Shown: positions 11,094 to 20,189 of the stretch, in pieces | Position numbering within the stretch: the stretch's first letter is position 1 | Layout of the letters: each line of letters starts with the position of its first letter | Assembly: GCA_963758295.1 (NCBI GenBank) | Contig: CAVWUU010000002.1 | Location: forward strand, 1-64,000 | Source: Candidatus Eremiobacteria bacterium | GTDB taxonomy: Bacteria > Vulcanimicrobiota > Vulcanimicrobiia > Vulcanimicrobiales > Vulcanimicrobiaceae | Direction of reading: 5' to 3' | DNA: 64,000 nt | Program-made: the position numbers and the translations under genes | Notes under the pieces: model-generated | What the model was told of the DNA's origin: nothing | The model's input: the letters and a program-made list of their open reading frames with translations, nothing else | Databases searched by the model: none

Positions 11094-12091
11094 CGGTTGA
11101 CTTCAGCCAGTACCAAGTCCACGGTGACATCGCGCTTTAGGCAAGCGAAATCAATATTCTTGGCGCACGTGACTATAGGCCTACGCACGTCGAAGCACGG
11201 TGGGCAATTTGAAGGCCGGAACGACACCGCGGTCGCGCTAAACGGTCCGAATTCGGTCGGCGTCGGCCCAAAGATCGCAACGACAGGCGTTCCAACGCCC
11301 GCCGCGAGATGCGCGATCCCGTTGTCGTTCGCGACCACGGCCGCGCATCGAGAGAGCATCTTTGACGTAGAAGCCAGATCGGACTGATGAATCGGAATAC
11401 CGCCTGCGAGACGCGCGCATGCCTTCGTTTCGTCGAGCTCATCGGGACCCGCGATCAATACCACCTCATGGCTTTGCTCCCGTAAAGCGGAACAAAGCCG
11501 GGCGAAATTTTCCATAGGCCATCGCTTCGCAGCAAGCCCATCATGCGCAATCGAACCAATGTGAACCGCGATTCGTCCCGAACGTGCGCGTTGAAGATCT
11601 TTCCAAGTAGCCGGAGTTAGATAGCCGGTTTCGGTCGTCGGCTCGATGCCGGCTGCTCGCAGAAGGTCGCGGTTTCGCTCGACGTTGTGAGCTTTACGTA
11701 CGGGTACCGCGCAAATTCCCAGCAACACATCCAGGGAGCCGAACCGCCAATCGTGCGCGTAGCGCCGCCTGGAACGAAATGCTCGAAGCAATAACCGGTA
11801 AGCCGGACGCGCGGCTGGAAATGCCAGAAACGATGCATCGTAACGGGCCGTTCCTCTGGCTCGAATCAGCGCTTGAAGGAAAGCGAAGCGGCCCTTTTCC
11901 CAGAATGGCAGATAGAGAACCTGGTCGACGTATTCCGGAAGACCGCGAAACAATGCTTGGGGACCGCCGCGCGTCACCGCGACGTCTATTCGCGCTTCGG
12001 GATACCGTCTTTTGAGCGCGCTCAGTAGCGGCGTGGCCTCAAGCGCGTCGCCAAGTCCTTGCGGCGCAATGATGAGGAATCTTCGATCCAT
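11072..12091 (-). CDS. Glycosyltransferase family 9 (heptosyltransferase-like)
   Basis: 'GLGDAL', 'AKRWP', 'NDNGIAHLAAGVGTPVVAIFGPT', 'CPPC'. Confidence 0.9.
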   Translation of the reverse strand: MDRRFLIIAPQGLGDALEATPLLSALKRRYPEARIDVAVTRGGPQALFRGLPEYVDQVLYLPFWEKGRFAFLQALIRARGTARYDASFLAFPAARPAYRLLLRAFRSRRRYAHDWRFGSLDVLLGICAVPVRKAHNVERNRDLLRAAGIEPTTETGYLTPATWKDLQRARSGRIAVHIGSIAHDGLAAKRWPMENFARLCSALREQSHEVVLIAGPDELDETKACARLAGGIPIHQSDLASTSKMLSRCAAVVANDNGIAHLAAGVGTPVVAIFGPTPTEFGPFSATAVSFRPSNCPPCFDVRRPIVTCAKNIDFACLKRDVTVDLVLAEVNRCVSSQS

Positions 12092-12099
12092 TTCGAGGC

Positions 12100-13392
12100 T
12101 CAGTGGTGCAAATAGTGCCGCTGAAGGCCGCTATCGGAGGGACAGTGGAGCGCGATAGAATTCTGCTGGCCAAAGAACATGCCGGCGTATCGCGTAGCAC
12201 CCGTTTGCATCGCGGCGATTACCTCGGCCGCCTGCGATGTGTCCACGTCGTCCAACTTCAAGACGGCTGTCCGCGCGTAACGGCTGCGATGCGATGACAA
12301 GATCGGGTTGGCCGATGTAGCGACCAAGAGTGACGGCTTCAGTGAAAAAGCCGGTATCCATGACAAACGAGGTTGTGCGACCTCGACGATTGCGTCATGG
12401 TCCCGCCGGCTCGAAAGCACGTACCAGCAAAGTGTGGCGGCCGTGCCGATAAAATCTTCTCTCATGCAGAGCCGGCGCAGCCATCGCGAGCGGACCTCTC
12501 CCTCTACATCGGACAATCGAACATTAGCGGCATCTAAAGCGACAATGAGCGATGCGAAACGACCGTCGCGTTCGCGCAGGCGCGTCAGACAATCGCCGAC
12601 TAGCAGGACTCGACTTTGTCTTACGACCGGAATCACGCTTGTGCGCCCGAATCGATCGATAAAGGGCAAGAGCCATAAACTCGATTCTCGCAGTCGCAGC
12701 CTAAGAATCGATTTCAGCATGCCCCAGGAGGAGGAGGCAAGGCGGATCGAGGTTCCCTCTTGTTTGTCTGACCAAGTGGTCGGCTCTTCGTGGACGGCGA
12801 GATGCGATCGCTTCAGACGCCACAACACTTCAATATCGAAGGCGAAGTTTGCAAGCTCCAGCGAATGAGCGATTTGATCGATTGCGCTTCTTCGGAACAG
12901 TTTGGCTCCGCACTGCGTGTCGGCATAGCGCAACCCAAAAAGCCAACGGACCAACATGTTGAATGCGCGGCTCGCGAAACGTCTAGCTAACGGCTGCTGC
13001 TGTTCGATGCGCGCACCCGGCAGCCAGCGTGAACCGATCACGCCGTCGTTATGCGAAGCATTTAAAATTGCGAACAGGCGCGCAAATTCGTTGGCCGGCG
13101 TCGATCCATCGGCATCTACGAAGCCTACGTAGTCTTCCGACCCAGTCCACAGGCCGGCTCGAACGGCGCCGCCTTTTCCGATCCTCGCCGCGATCTCCAG
13201 GAGTTGCAGATTGTCGTATTGCCCTTGGAGTTGCTTGACCGTCTGGACCGTTCCATCGGTACAGCCGTTGGCTACGATCAGGATCGTGGCGCTGTCACGG
13301 AACACCGAACAATATTCCCGAACCGTAGGTTCGATACGATCCTGCTCGTTGCAAGCGGGAATGATGATTCTTAGACTATGCAATGGGGACAT
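12100..13392 (-). CDS. Polyprenol-phosphate glycosyltransferase (GT2, DPM/DPG-synthase-like) with ~175-aa C-terminal extension
   Basis: 'IIIPACNE', 'GKGGAVRAG', 'FVDADGS', 'GSRW', 'DTQCGAKLF', 'FAFDIEVL'. Confidence 0.85.
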   Translation of the reverse strand: MSPLHSLRIIIPACNEQDRIEPTVREYCSVFRDSATILIVANGCTDGTVQTVKQLQGQYDNLQLLEIAARIGKGGAVRAGLWTGSEDYVGFVDADGSTPANEFARLFAILNASHNDGVIGSRWLPGARIEQQQPLARRFASRAFNMLVRWLFGLRYADTQCGAKLFRRSAIDQIAHSLELANFAFDIEVLWRLKRSHLAVHEEPTTWSDKQEGTSIRLASSSWGMLKSILRLRLRESSLWLLPFIDRFGRTSVIPVVRQSRVLLVGDCLTRLRERDGRFASLIVALDAANVRLSDVEGEVRSRWLRRLCMREDFIGTAATLCWYVLSSRRDHDAIVEVAQPRLSWIPAFSLKPSLLVATSANPILSSHRSRYARTAVLKLDDVDTSQAAEVIAAMQTGATRYAGMFFGQQNSIALHCPSDSGLQRHYLHH

Positions 13393-14998
13393 CGCGGTTT
13401 TCCGATGGCGTTACAAGATTCTTCTCGAATTTCGCGACGATGGTACGCCACGCGAGTTCGACCTCTTCCACATTGAGGATGCGCGCTGCGGCGATAAAAA
13501 CCGCGCCGCCGATAGCGATTTGGCCGAAGAGGAACCAGGCACGCGAAATCAGCGTCGGATCGGGTGTTACGCGCAAAGCACCGATCCAGTGCAAGGCCGC
13601 ATACATCGCGCATGAACTCAATGCAATTTTAAAAATGGAGACGCCGATCGCGCCCCAATCGATTCCTCGCACCATGCGCGCGATCAAGACCACAAGCATG
13701 GCGGTTTGAAGCGTTTGACTCACGGAATTGGCCAGAAGCAGGCCGCGCGCACCGAGCGTGGGCAGCCACGTCATCGACAATAAGACGTTAAGCAAGACCG
13801 TGATTACGGAGATGGCTACGGGCCAACCCGTTTCTTTGCATGCAAAGCAGCAGCGCGTGAGGACCACATTGGCCGCTAGCGCAATTAGGCCGGCCGCAGA
13901 ATATGGCAACAGATCCGCAGTTACCGCCGTTGCCTCGGCACCGAACGTGCCGCGCTCGAACAGGGTTTGGACCATCGGATATGCGAGCACGACCAACGCG
14001 CACACCGACGGAATCGTAATCAAATTGACCAGTTTAAGTCCGGTAACGATGCTTCGCGCAAGTCCGCGGCGATTGTCACGGGCAAACTGCGCGGCTAGCA
14101 ACGGAAAGATTACCGTTGCGATAGCCGCGGCGAAAATCTGTTGCGGAAAATTCACGAGTTTCGTCGCGTAATTCATGCCCGACATGTAACCTGGCGGCAA
14201 AGTCGAGGCGAAAAAACGATCGAAGAATAACGAAATCTGCCCGGCGGCGCCGCCGATGATGATTGGCCCGAGCAGCATCCACATGCGAGCGAGGCCCGGA
14301 TGATGTAAGTCGATCGTGGGCCGGTATTTTCCGATCGAAAGAAATGCCGGCAGCTGGACGAGCATCTGTGCGATAAGGCCAAGCGCCGTTCCGTACACGA
14401 GCGCGAAGATGCCGAGGTTCTTATTTAGAGCCACCACGCACACAATGGTAATAACGTTCAGCACGACGCCGACCATGGAAGCGGAGCGGAATCGATGATA
14501 AGCATTGAGCATCGCCGAGAATACGCCGCTAAGACTTACGGCGATGATGCTGGGCATTAAACAACGCGTCATGTGAATTGCCACGCCCATTTGCGGCGCC
14601 GGAAATCCATGCGCGATGAGCGGCACGTAATACGGCGCTGCGACCCATCCCAAAATTGCGCAGACGGTAAGAATAATGGCAAGCAGGTTGACGATCGTGT
14701 TTGCGAGGTTCCACGCGCCTTCTTCATCGTGCCGCGAAAAATAGTCTGAGAACGTCGGCACCAGTGCACCGACGAGCGCACCGTTGAAAACGCCAAAAAG
14801 GATCGTCGGGATGACGGCCGCCGCGAGAAACGTGTCCATTTCCCAACGCGTCCCGTATTGCTGGGCGTTTACGACCTCGCGAAAGAACCCCAGGACGGTC
14901 GAGCCAAACGTCGCGGTCATCACAAAAAGCGTTGAACCGGCGACCGAAAGGCGCCGGCGATGCGGTTTTTGGGTGACGACGCGAAGTTGCGGCTTAAT
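13376..14998 (-). CDS. murJ: Lipid II flippase MurJ (MviN); start uncertain, probably ATT at 14998 (first canonical start is GTG at 14923)
   Basis: 'VLGFFRE', 'DTFLAA', 'ALVPTF', 'DRFFAS', 'YATKLVNFP', 'LFERGTF'; ~14 TM helices. Confidence 0.9.
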   Translation of the reverse strand: MKPQLRVVTQKPHRRRLSVAGSTLFVMTATFGSTVLGFFREVVNAQQYGTRWEMDTFLAAAVIPTILFGVFNGALVGALVPTFSDYFSRHDEEGAWNLANTIVNLLAIILTVCAILGWVAAPYYVPLIAHGFPAPQMGVAIHMTRCLMPSIIAVSLSGVFSAMLNAYHRFRSASMVGVVLNVITIVCVVALNKNLGIFALVYGTALGLIAQMLVQLPAFLSIGKYRPTIDLHHPGLARMWMLLGPIIIGGAAGQISLFFDRFFASTLPPGYMSGMNYATKLVNFPQQIFAAAIATVIFPLLAAQFARDNRRGLARSIVTGLKLVNLITIPSVCALVVLAYPMVQTLFERGTFGAEATAVTADLLPYSAAGLIALAANVVLTRCCFACKETGWPVAISVITVLLNVLLSMTWLPTLGARGLLLANSVSQTLQTAMLVVLIARMVRGIDWGAIGVSIFKIALSSCAMYAALHWIGALRVTPDPTLISRAWFLFGQIAIGGAVFIAAARILNVEEVELAWRTIVAKFEKNLVTPSENRDVPIA

Positions 14999-15638
14999 GG
15001 GCGCCGTCCTTACGGATTACGGCGGGGATCGTCTTCACGAGAAGCCCCAAATCGGTTCCCGGCGTCCACGTATCGACGTACTCGTTGTCCAAACGCATCC
15101 ATTCGTCGAACGAAAGCGCGCAACGCCCGCTGACCTGCCAGAAACACGTGATTCCTTGCGGAACCAAAAGCCGGCGCGCGGCATACGAGTCGTAGTGTTT
15201 CACTTCGGAAGGCAATGCAGGGCGCGGGCCGACGAGCGACATTTCCCCTCGCAGCACGTTCAGTAAGTTCGGAAGTTCGTCGATGCTCGTCCGCCGCAAA
15301 AGGCTTCCGAGCGGATGCAGTCGCGGATCGTTGCGAATCTTGAACACGGGACCGTCGACTTCGTTGAGGTGCATGAGCTGTTCGCGCAGCTCGTGAGCGT
15401 TGCGCACCATAGTCCGCAGTTTGAACATTTTGAAGCGCCGGCCGAATTGGCCCACGCGCTCTTGTTTGTAAAACGGCGAACCGCCCGTCACAGCGACGAT
15501 GGCGAGTGCCGCGGCCGCAATCATCGGTGACGCCAGAACGAGGAACAGCAAACCAAGCACGATGTCGGTCGTGCGTTTCAGGCCCCACCAAGACGCGGGC
15601 ACGCGCCGCTCGGCTTCGCGAGCAACTGCCAGCTGCAT
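14994..15638 (-). CDS. Priming sugar transferase (Bac_transf / undecaprenyl-phosphate phosphoglycosyltransferase family)
   Basis: 'KRTTDI', 'FKLRTM', 'DPRL', 'SIDELPNLLNVLRGEMSLVGPRP', 'GITCFWQV'. Confidence 0.95.
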   Translation of the reverse strand: MQLAVAREAERRVPASWWGLKRTTDIVLGLLFLVLASPMIAAAALAIVAVTGGSPFYKQERVGQFGRRFKMFKLRTMVRNAHELREQLMHLNEVDGPVFKIRNDPRLHPLGSLLRRTSIDELPNLLNVLRGEMSLVGPRPALPSEVKHYDSYAARRLLVPQGITCFWQVSGRCALSFDEWMRLDNEYVDTWTPGTDLGLLVKTIPAVIRKDGAH

Positions 15639-15640
15639 GC

Positions 15641-16756
15641 CTAGACTTTGAATGCCTCCAAAACGGTACGTCCCACCGTATCCAAGCCTTCTAATTCGCC
15701 AAGAACTGCTCCCGGAGCCGGGCTCAAATGCACGAACGGCACAAATTCGCGAGTATGATCGCTACCGGGCGCCGTGGGATCGCAGCCGTGGTCTGCGGTG
15801 AAAATCACTTGATCCTCCGGCCGCAGCAATGACTCCAAACGCGGAACGAGCGCGTCGAGCTGTTGCAGCGCGCCGGCATAACCGCGTACGTTGCGGCGGT
15901 GGCCGTATTTTGAATCGAAGTCGTTGAGATTCGTGAAAATAAATCCATGCTCGACCCGCTCGAGTAGATCAAAAGTTTTTTCCATAGCGTCGACGTTGTC
16001 CGTCACGCGAACCGACGATGCAATTCCGTGTCCGCAGTAGATATCGCAGATTTTTCCCACTGCATGAACGTCTATGCCCGCCGTCGCCAACCGATCGAGT
16101 ACGCTCGGCGGCGGCTCAATCGCGTAATCCCGGCGGTTCGGCGTCCGCGTGAATGACCCCGGCTTGCCGACAAACGGCCGGGCGATCACCCGGTTAACGT
16201 TATTAGGGGTCACAAGCATTTCACGCGCTCGCTCGCACCAATCGTAAAGCACCGGCAGAGGAACAACCTCCTCGTGCGCGGCGACCTGAAAGACCGAGTC
16301 CGCGGAAGTATAAAGGATGGGCTGCCCCGTCGCAACGTGCTCTTCGCCAAGCTGCTCGATGATTTCGGTTCCGGACGCCGGGATATTGCCGAGGGGGGCC
16401 TTGCCGGTTATTCGCGTGAAATGCTCCACGACGTCCTCGGGAAATCCGTCGGGATACGTAGGGAACGGAACAGCCGTGATGATCCCAGCCATCTCCCAGT
16501 GGCCGGTGATCGTATCCTTGCCGCTACTGCGTTCGCGCAATCTTCCAACGCGAGCACGCGGCGAAGCGACCGGCGCTACACCATTAAGATTTGTTAAATG
16601 ACCGAGGCCTAGCCGCTCGAAAGCCGGCAACGACAGGCCGCCGACTTGAGTTGCGACATTTCCAAGTGTATTGGCGCCCGGGACGTCGTTATATTGTTCG
16701 AAATCCGGAAGCGCGCCGATGCCGCCCGAGTCTAATACGATAGTAACAATGCGCAT
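15641..16756 (-). CDS. deoB: Phosphopentomutase
   Basis: 'IVLDSGGIG', 'GKDTITGHWE', 'YTSADSVFQVAAHE', 'RVIARPF', 'YGHRRN', 'TADHGCDPT', 'DHTREFVP'. Confidence 0.97.
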   Translation of the reverse strand: MRIVTIVLDSGGIGALPDFEQYNDVPGANTLGNVATQVGGLSLPAFERLGLGHLTNLNGVAPVASPRARVGRLRERSSGKDTITGHWEMAGIITAVPFPTYPDGFPEDVVEHFTRITGKAPLGNIPASGTEIIEQLGEEHVATGQPILYTSADSVFQVAAHEEVVPLPVLYDWCERAREMLVTPNNVNRVIARPFVGKPGSFTRTPNRRDYAIEPPPSVLDRLATAGIDVHAVGKICDIYCGHGIASSVRVTDNVDAMEKTFDLLERVEHGFIFTNLNDFDSKYGHRRNVRGYAGALQQLDALVPRLESLLRPEDQVIFTADHGCDPTAPGSDHTREFVPFVHLSPAPGAVLGELEGLDTVGRTVLEAFKV

Positions 16757-16905
16757 AGTGCGTTCGTTTTTGCGTTTCGTCTTTTATGAATGGCAGTCAT
16801 CCCGGCCGCGATGGGACAGAGCGACTATCGGAAGGTAGCGCAGAATGAGACTGCCGCGCTACTACGAAACCCTCGCTGGTATTCCACTTTTCTCGGAAGG
16901 ACCGT

Positions 16906-18648
16906 TTGCAAAAAGTAGTGTTCCGGGTGCTCGCCGCTATGAGCGCGCTCTTCGTCTCGCTGTGCGCAAGCGCTCATGCAACGACGCTCGTTCGTTTGAA
17001 AGCCGATCATATCGCATTTTATTACGATCGCTTTCGCGTGGAAGCGGACGGCAATGTACGGGTTTCTACGAGCGACGGCATGACGATCACCGGCGACACA
17101 TTCAGCATGGATTTGAAGCTGAATCGCTTCTTGATCGCGAGCAACGTTCATTTGCAGAGTGCCGGCGGCAACCTCGACGGAGCTGCAATCTCGGACTTCC
17201 TGGATTTCTCGCGTATTTATTTCGTTCCGGTTACTTCCGAACCCGATCGCTGGACGTACGAGAATAGTGACTTTCATCATCCCATCAAAGGCCGCGCAAT
17301 GCCCGGCGACGTTTTTTACTTTCCGGATCTCACGGGCACGCAGCCAAGTTTAACGGCGCAGTCCGCTGTCGTCGGCGAAAAATCGTTCGTACGCTTCCAA
17401 GGCGTGACAAGCTATGTGCTTGGCGCGGCGATTCCCTTGCCGAGCTTCTATGTGAACTTCGGCCCAAATCAAGACTTGGCACAGAACTCGCTCTCCGGTG
17501 CGAACTTCGACCTAACCTGGAACGTTACGGGGAACAATAACTCGATCAGCGCGGTTCACTTCCGCGATGATTCGGTGAACCGGGCGTATCTATCGTTCGA
17601 ACAGCACTTGGCAGGACAACACGAGTACGCCGTTTTTTCGGTAAACCCGGCGACGAAGAAACAAAAGTTTTGGAATCTCGTAACCGGCGACCGCATGGGT
17701 TCGAAATTTCAACTGAACACGTTCAGCCAGCTCTACACGAACCAGACGTTCCTGGAGAAGCCCACCGCTGCCGAAAGTGTAAGCTACATTACGGCAACCC
17801 AAGCTTTGAATCAGTCGTACGTGCAAGCGCTCGCGACGTTGGTAGATTACAATATGATCGGACCGTCCGCGCCGGCAATTCCGAACCATCCGACGTCGCT
17901 GCAGCTCAGCGCCGTGTCGTTCAACCACCGCGTCGGCCATCTGCCGCTTTTCGAGCAAGTGAATTACGGCTTCGGCTTCAACCACGACGCGCTCGGTTTG
18001 CAAAATTACGGCGGCTACGAGTACACGACCGTATGGAATCACGTGGCCGGATTTACGTTCTACTCGCCAAGCATCAAGTTCGGGGATCGCGACAACGCGT
18101 ACAAGACGTACTTTTTCAACGCGTCGTTCAACAAGTCGCGCCAATGGTTCAACGTTCCACACCACGTCGACAACACGTCGACCACGGCAAGTATCAGCCG
18201 CCAGTTTTCGCGCGACCTCATCGCCTATGGATCGTACACGGTGGCCAACACCGGGGATTACTATCTACACGGCGGCTACGCGCCCTACACGCCAATTGTG
18301 AACGGGAACCCGATCGCCAGCTATGCGGCGTTTCGTGGCGTTTCTACCTTGAGAACGGCCGCGTTGCAGATGGTCTACTCGGCAACGCCGAACTTTGTCG
18401 TCAGCGTTCTCGCGCGCAAACACAATGACTTCCCAATTGCGGTTCCCGGGTTATTCACCGCGCCGCCGCTCAACGTGCTCGGCCAGTACACCTATACGAG
18501 CTATCTCGGCCAACCGCCCTACGACATCACCGGCGACGTACGCGCGCGTTTGCTGCCGCATCTGGTGGTCGACGTGCAGCGCTCGTACTTCTTCAACTTC
18601 GGAACGCAACGATGGAGCCCGCAATTCGTGGTGCAGCTGAGCCAATGA
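16906..18648 (+). CDS. Putative outer-membrane beta-barrel protein with OstA/LptD-like N-terminus
   Basis: Signal peptide; 'ADHIAFYYDRFRVEADGNVRV...ITGDTF' beta-jellyroll-like segment; aromatic-rich alternating strands through to the C-terminus. Confidence 0.55.
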   Translation: MQKVVFRVLAAMSALFVSLCASAHATTLVRLKADHIAFYYDRFRVEADGNVRVSTSDGMTITGDTFSMDLKLNRFLIASNVHLQSAGGNLDGAAISDFLDFSRIYFVPVTSEPDRWTYENSDFHHPIKGRAMPGDVFYFPDLTGTQPSLTAQSAVVGEKSFVRFQGVTSYVLGAAIPLPSFYVNFGPNQDLAQNSLSGANFDLTWNVTGNNNSISAVHFRDDSVNRAYLSFEQHLAGQHEYAVFSVNPATKKQKFWNLVTGDRMGSKFQLNTFSQLYTNQTFLEKPTAAESVSYITATQALNQSYVQALATLVDYNMIGPSAPAIPNHPTSLQLSAVSFNHRVGHLPLFEQVNYGFGFNHDALGLQNYGGYEYTTVWNHVAGFTFYSPSIKFGDRDNAYKTYFFNASFNKSRQWFNVPHHVDNTSTTASISRQFSRDLIAYGSYTVANTGDYYLHGGYAPYTPIVNGNPIASYAAFRGVSTLRTAALQMVYSATPNFVVSVLARKHNDFPIAVPGLFTAPPLNVLGQYTYTSYLGQPPYDITGDVRARLLPHLVVDVQRSYFFNFGTQRWSPQFVVQLSQ

Positions 18649-19475
18649 CGACCTTTTTCAGACGCGCGGTTGGTGCGCTCCTCGCCACGGCGCTTCTCGG
18701 CGCGGCCGCCGCGCCGGTCACGATCACCGGGCAGTTGCTAGCGTATCAAGGCGGCTACGTCTTCTTCACGACGGGCGACGCCTTTCGCGTCGCGCCGAAC
18801 GTAGCGATTCTCGATGATGCCACGAAGCAGCCCACACCGTTGAAGCCCCTTCCGCGGATTTATGCGCGCGCAACGTTCGACGATCGCGGCACTATCACGG
18901 AACTCGATCTAACGAAGAGCGCGCTTCCCGTCGGCCCGCTTCCCGATGCCGTGCGGCAATTCGCCGTGCAGCTCTCGCCGGCCATTGCGAATCCCGAACT
19001 TGCCGGCGGGCCGCCGCCCGGAACGACCGCAGCCTTAACCGCCGGCAAGACTTTCACTGGTAAACCGGTTCTCGTCGTAATTACCGTGCAAGTTCCGCCT
19101 TCGACGCCGATGACGACGCAAGTGTACATTACGACCGATACGACAGGCTGGAATCCTCAAGCGATACAACTCGATCGGATCGACGCGTTGCACTTTCGAG
19201 TGACCCGCAGAATTGCGTCGGGCACGGTGATGCGGTACTTGTATACCCGCGGCTCGTTGCAAAGTGAAGAGCGCGCCGAAACCGGCCTCGATCGGACGCC
19301 GCGCGAAGTCGTGATCAACGATGCCGACGTGCGCGCGATCAACGACATCGTCTATGCGTGGGCCGATCAAACGACGGGCGGACAGAGTTCCCAACCGTTT
19401 GCGCTTCCCACGCCCTACAATCCAGCCCCGTTCCCGAACCTGCCCTCGGGCGCGCCGACGCCGCATCCGCGCTAG
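18645..19475 (+). CDS. Secreted protein with C-terminal CBM20/CBM48-like Ig domain
   Basis: Signal peptide; 'ITVQVPPSTP..VYIT..GWNP..L..RYLYTRGS...E' matches the starch-binding-module pattern. ATGA overlap with the upstream gene. Confidence 0.55.
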   Translation: MTTFFRRAVGALLATALLGAAAAPVTITGQLLAYQGGYVFFTTGDAFRVAPNVAILDDATKQPTPLKPLPRIYARATFDDRGTITELDLTKSALPVGPLPDAVRQFAVQLSPAIANPELAGGPPPGTTAALTAGKTFTGKPVLVVITVQVPPSTPMTTQVYITTDTTGWNPQAIQLDRIDALHFRVTRRIASGTVMRYLYTRGSLQSEERAETGLDRTPREVVINDADVRAINDIVYAWADQTTGGQSSQPFALPTPYNPAPFPNLPSGAPTPHPR

Positions 19476-20149
19476 CGGATGGTGATCGGGACGCTCGTCG
19501 AGGTCGCTTCGCCACGCGTATTTCGCGCGATGATGTTCATCGCATACGTTCGGTGCAGAAAGAACGGCACCGACGGCACGGTGTAAGAGAGCTCGAAGCG
19601 GCCCGTCGACGACTTCGGCATGGAAAGGCTGAAGCCGGCGATGCGCAATTCGACGCTTGCGACGTTCGAAGATGTTTTCACGAACCCGGAAACAGTGTCT
19701 CCGGCGCGCACGGTCGTTTGACTCACTTCGACCTTTAGGATCCGCGGCGCGGCGTCCGGCGGCAGCATTACGGCTTGCTCTCCGGTGCCACTCCGAGGCG
19801 CGCTTTCCGGCGCAACGCCTTTGACGTTATGCGCAGCGGTGTAGGATGGCGGGATCGCCAAAGGCGACGCCGTCACCACGACTAGCGGTGCACTCGTGGC
19901 TGCAGGCCAGGGCGTGGCCGTGATGGACGCGGTTCCGGAAACCTCGGGAATCGGGACCGAAGCCGTGGGCGAAGGCGACGGCAAACCCGGGGCCGCCGTG
20001 GCGTTCGCTGCCGGAGTCTCCCCTGCGGCGGTCGTCGAGGGCGATGGTGAAGCGGCGCCTTCGTTGCGGGACGGCCCACACGCAGTGACCGCAAGGGTGA
20101 TGATCAAGGCCGCGATCGGAAGCCGGGAGCCAGAGGCCAGTCGTTTCAA
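19472..20149 (-). CDS. Lipoprotein with Pro/Ala/Ser-rich linker and C-terminal Ig-like domain
   Basis: Lipobox 'LAVTAC', low-complexity linker, beta-strand C-terminus. Start chosen at TTG 20149 (uncertain). Confidence 0.65.
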   Translation of the reverse strand: MKRLASGSRLPIAALIITLAVTACGPSRNEGAASPSPSTTAAGETPAANATAAPGLPSPSPTASVPIPEVSGTASITATPWPAATSAPLVVVTASPLAIPPSYTAAHNVKGVAPESAPRSGTGEQAVMLPPDAAPRILKVEVSQTTVRAGDTVSGFVKTSSNVASVELRIAGFSLSMPKSSTGRFELSYTVPSVPFFLHRTYAMNIIARNTRGEATSTSVPITIR

Positions 20150-20189
20150 GCCGGAGTCTTTCTGCAATAGGCGTCGAAGCACGCGCGCG

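Noticed and set aside
19896..20189. N-terminal extension of the GtrB-like ORF, and similar extensions of mfd, gpmI, flgG and the MptB-like gene in the ORF track
   Set aside because: They overlap neighbouring genes, and family homology starts at downstream start codons.
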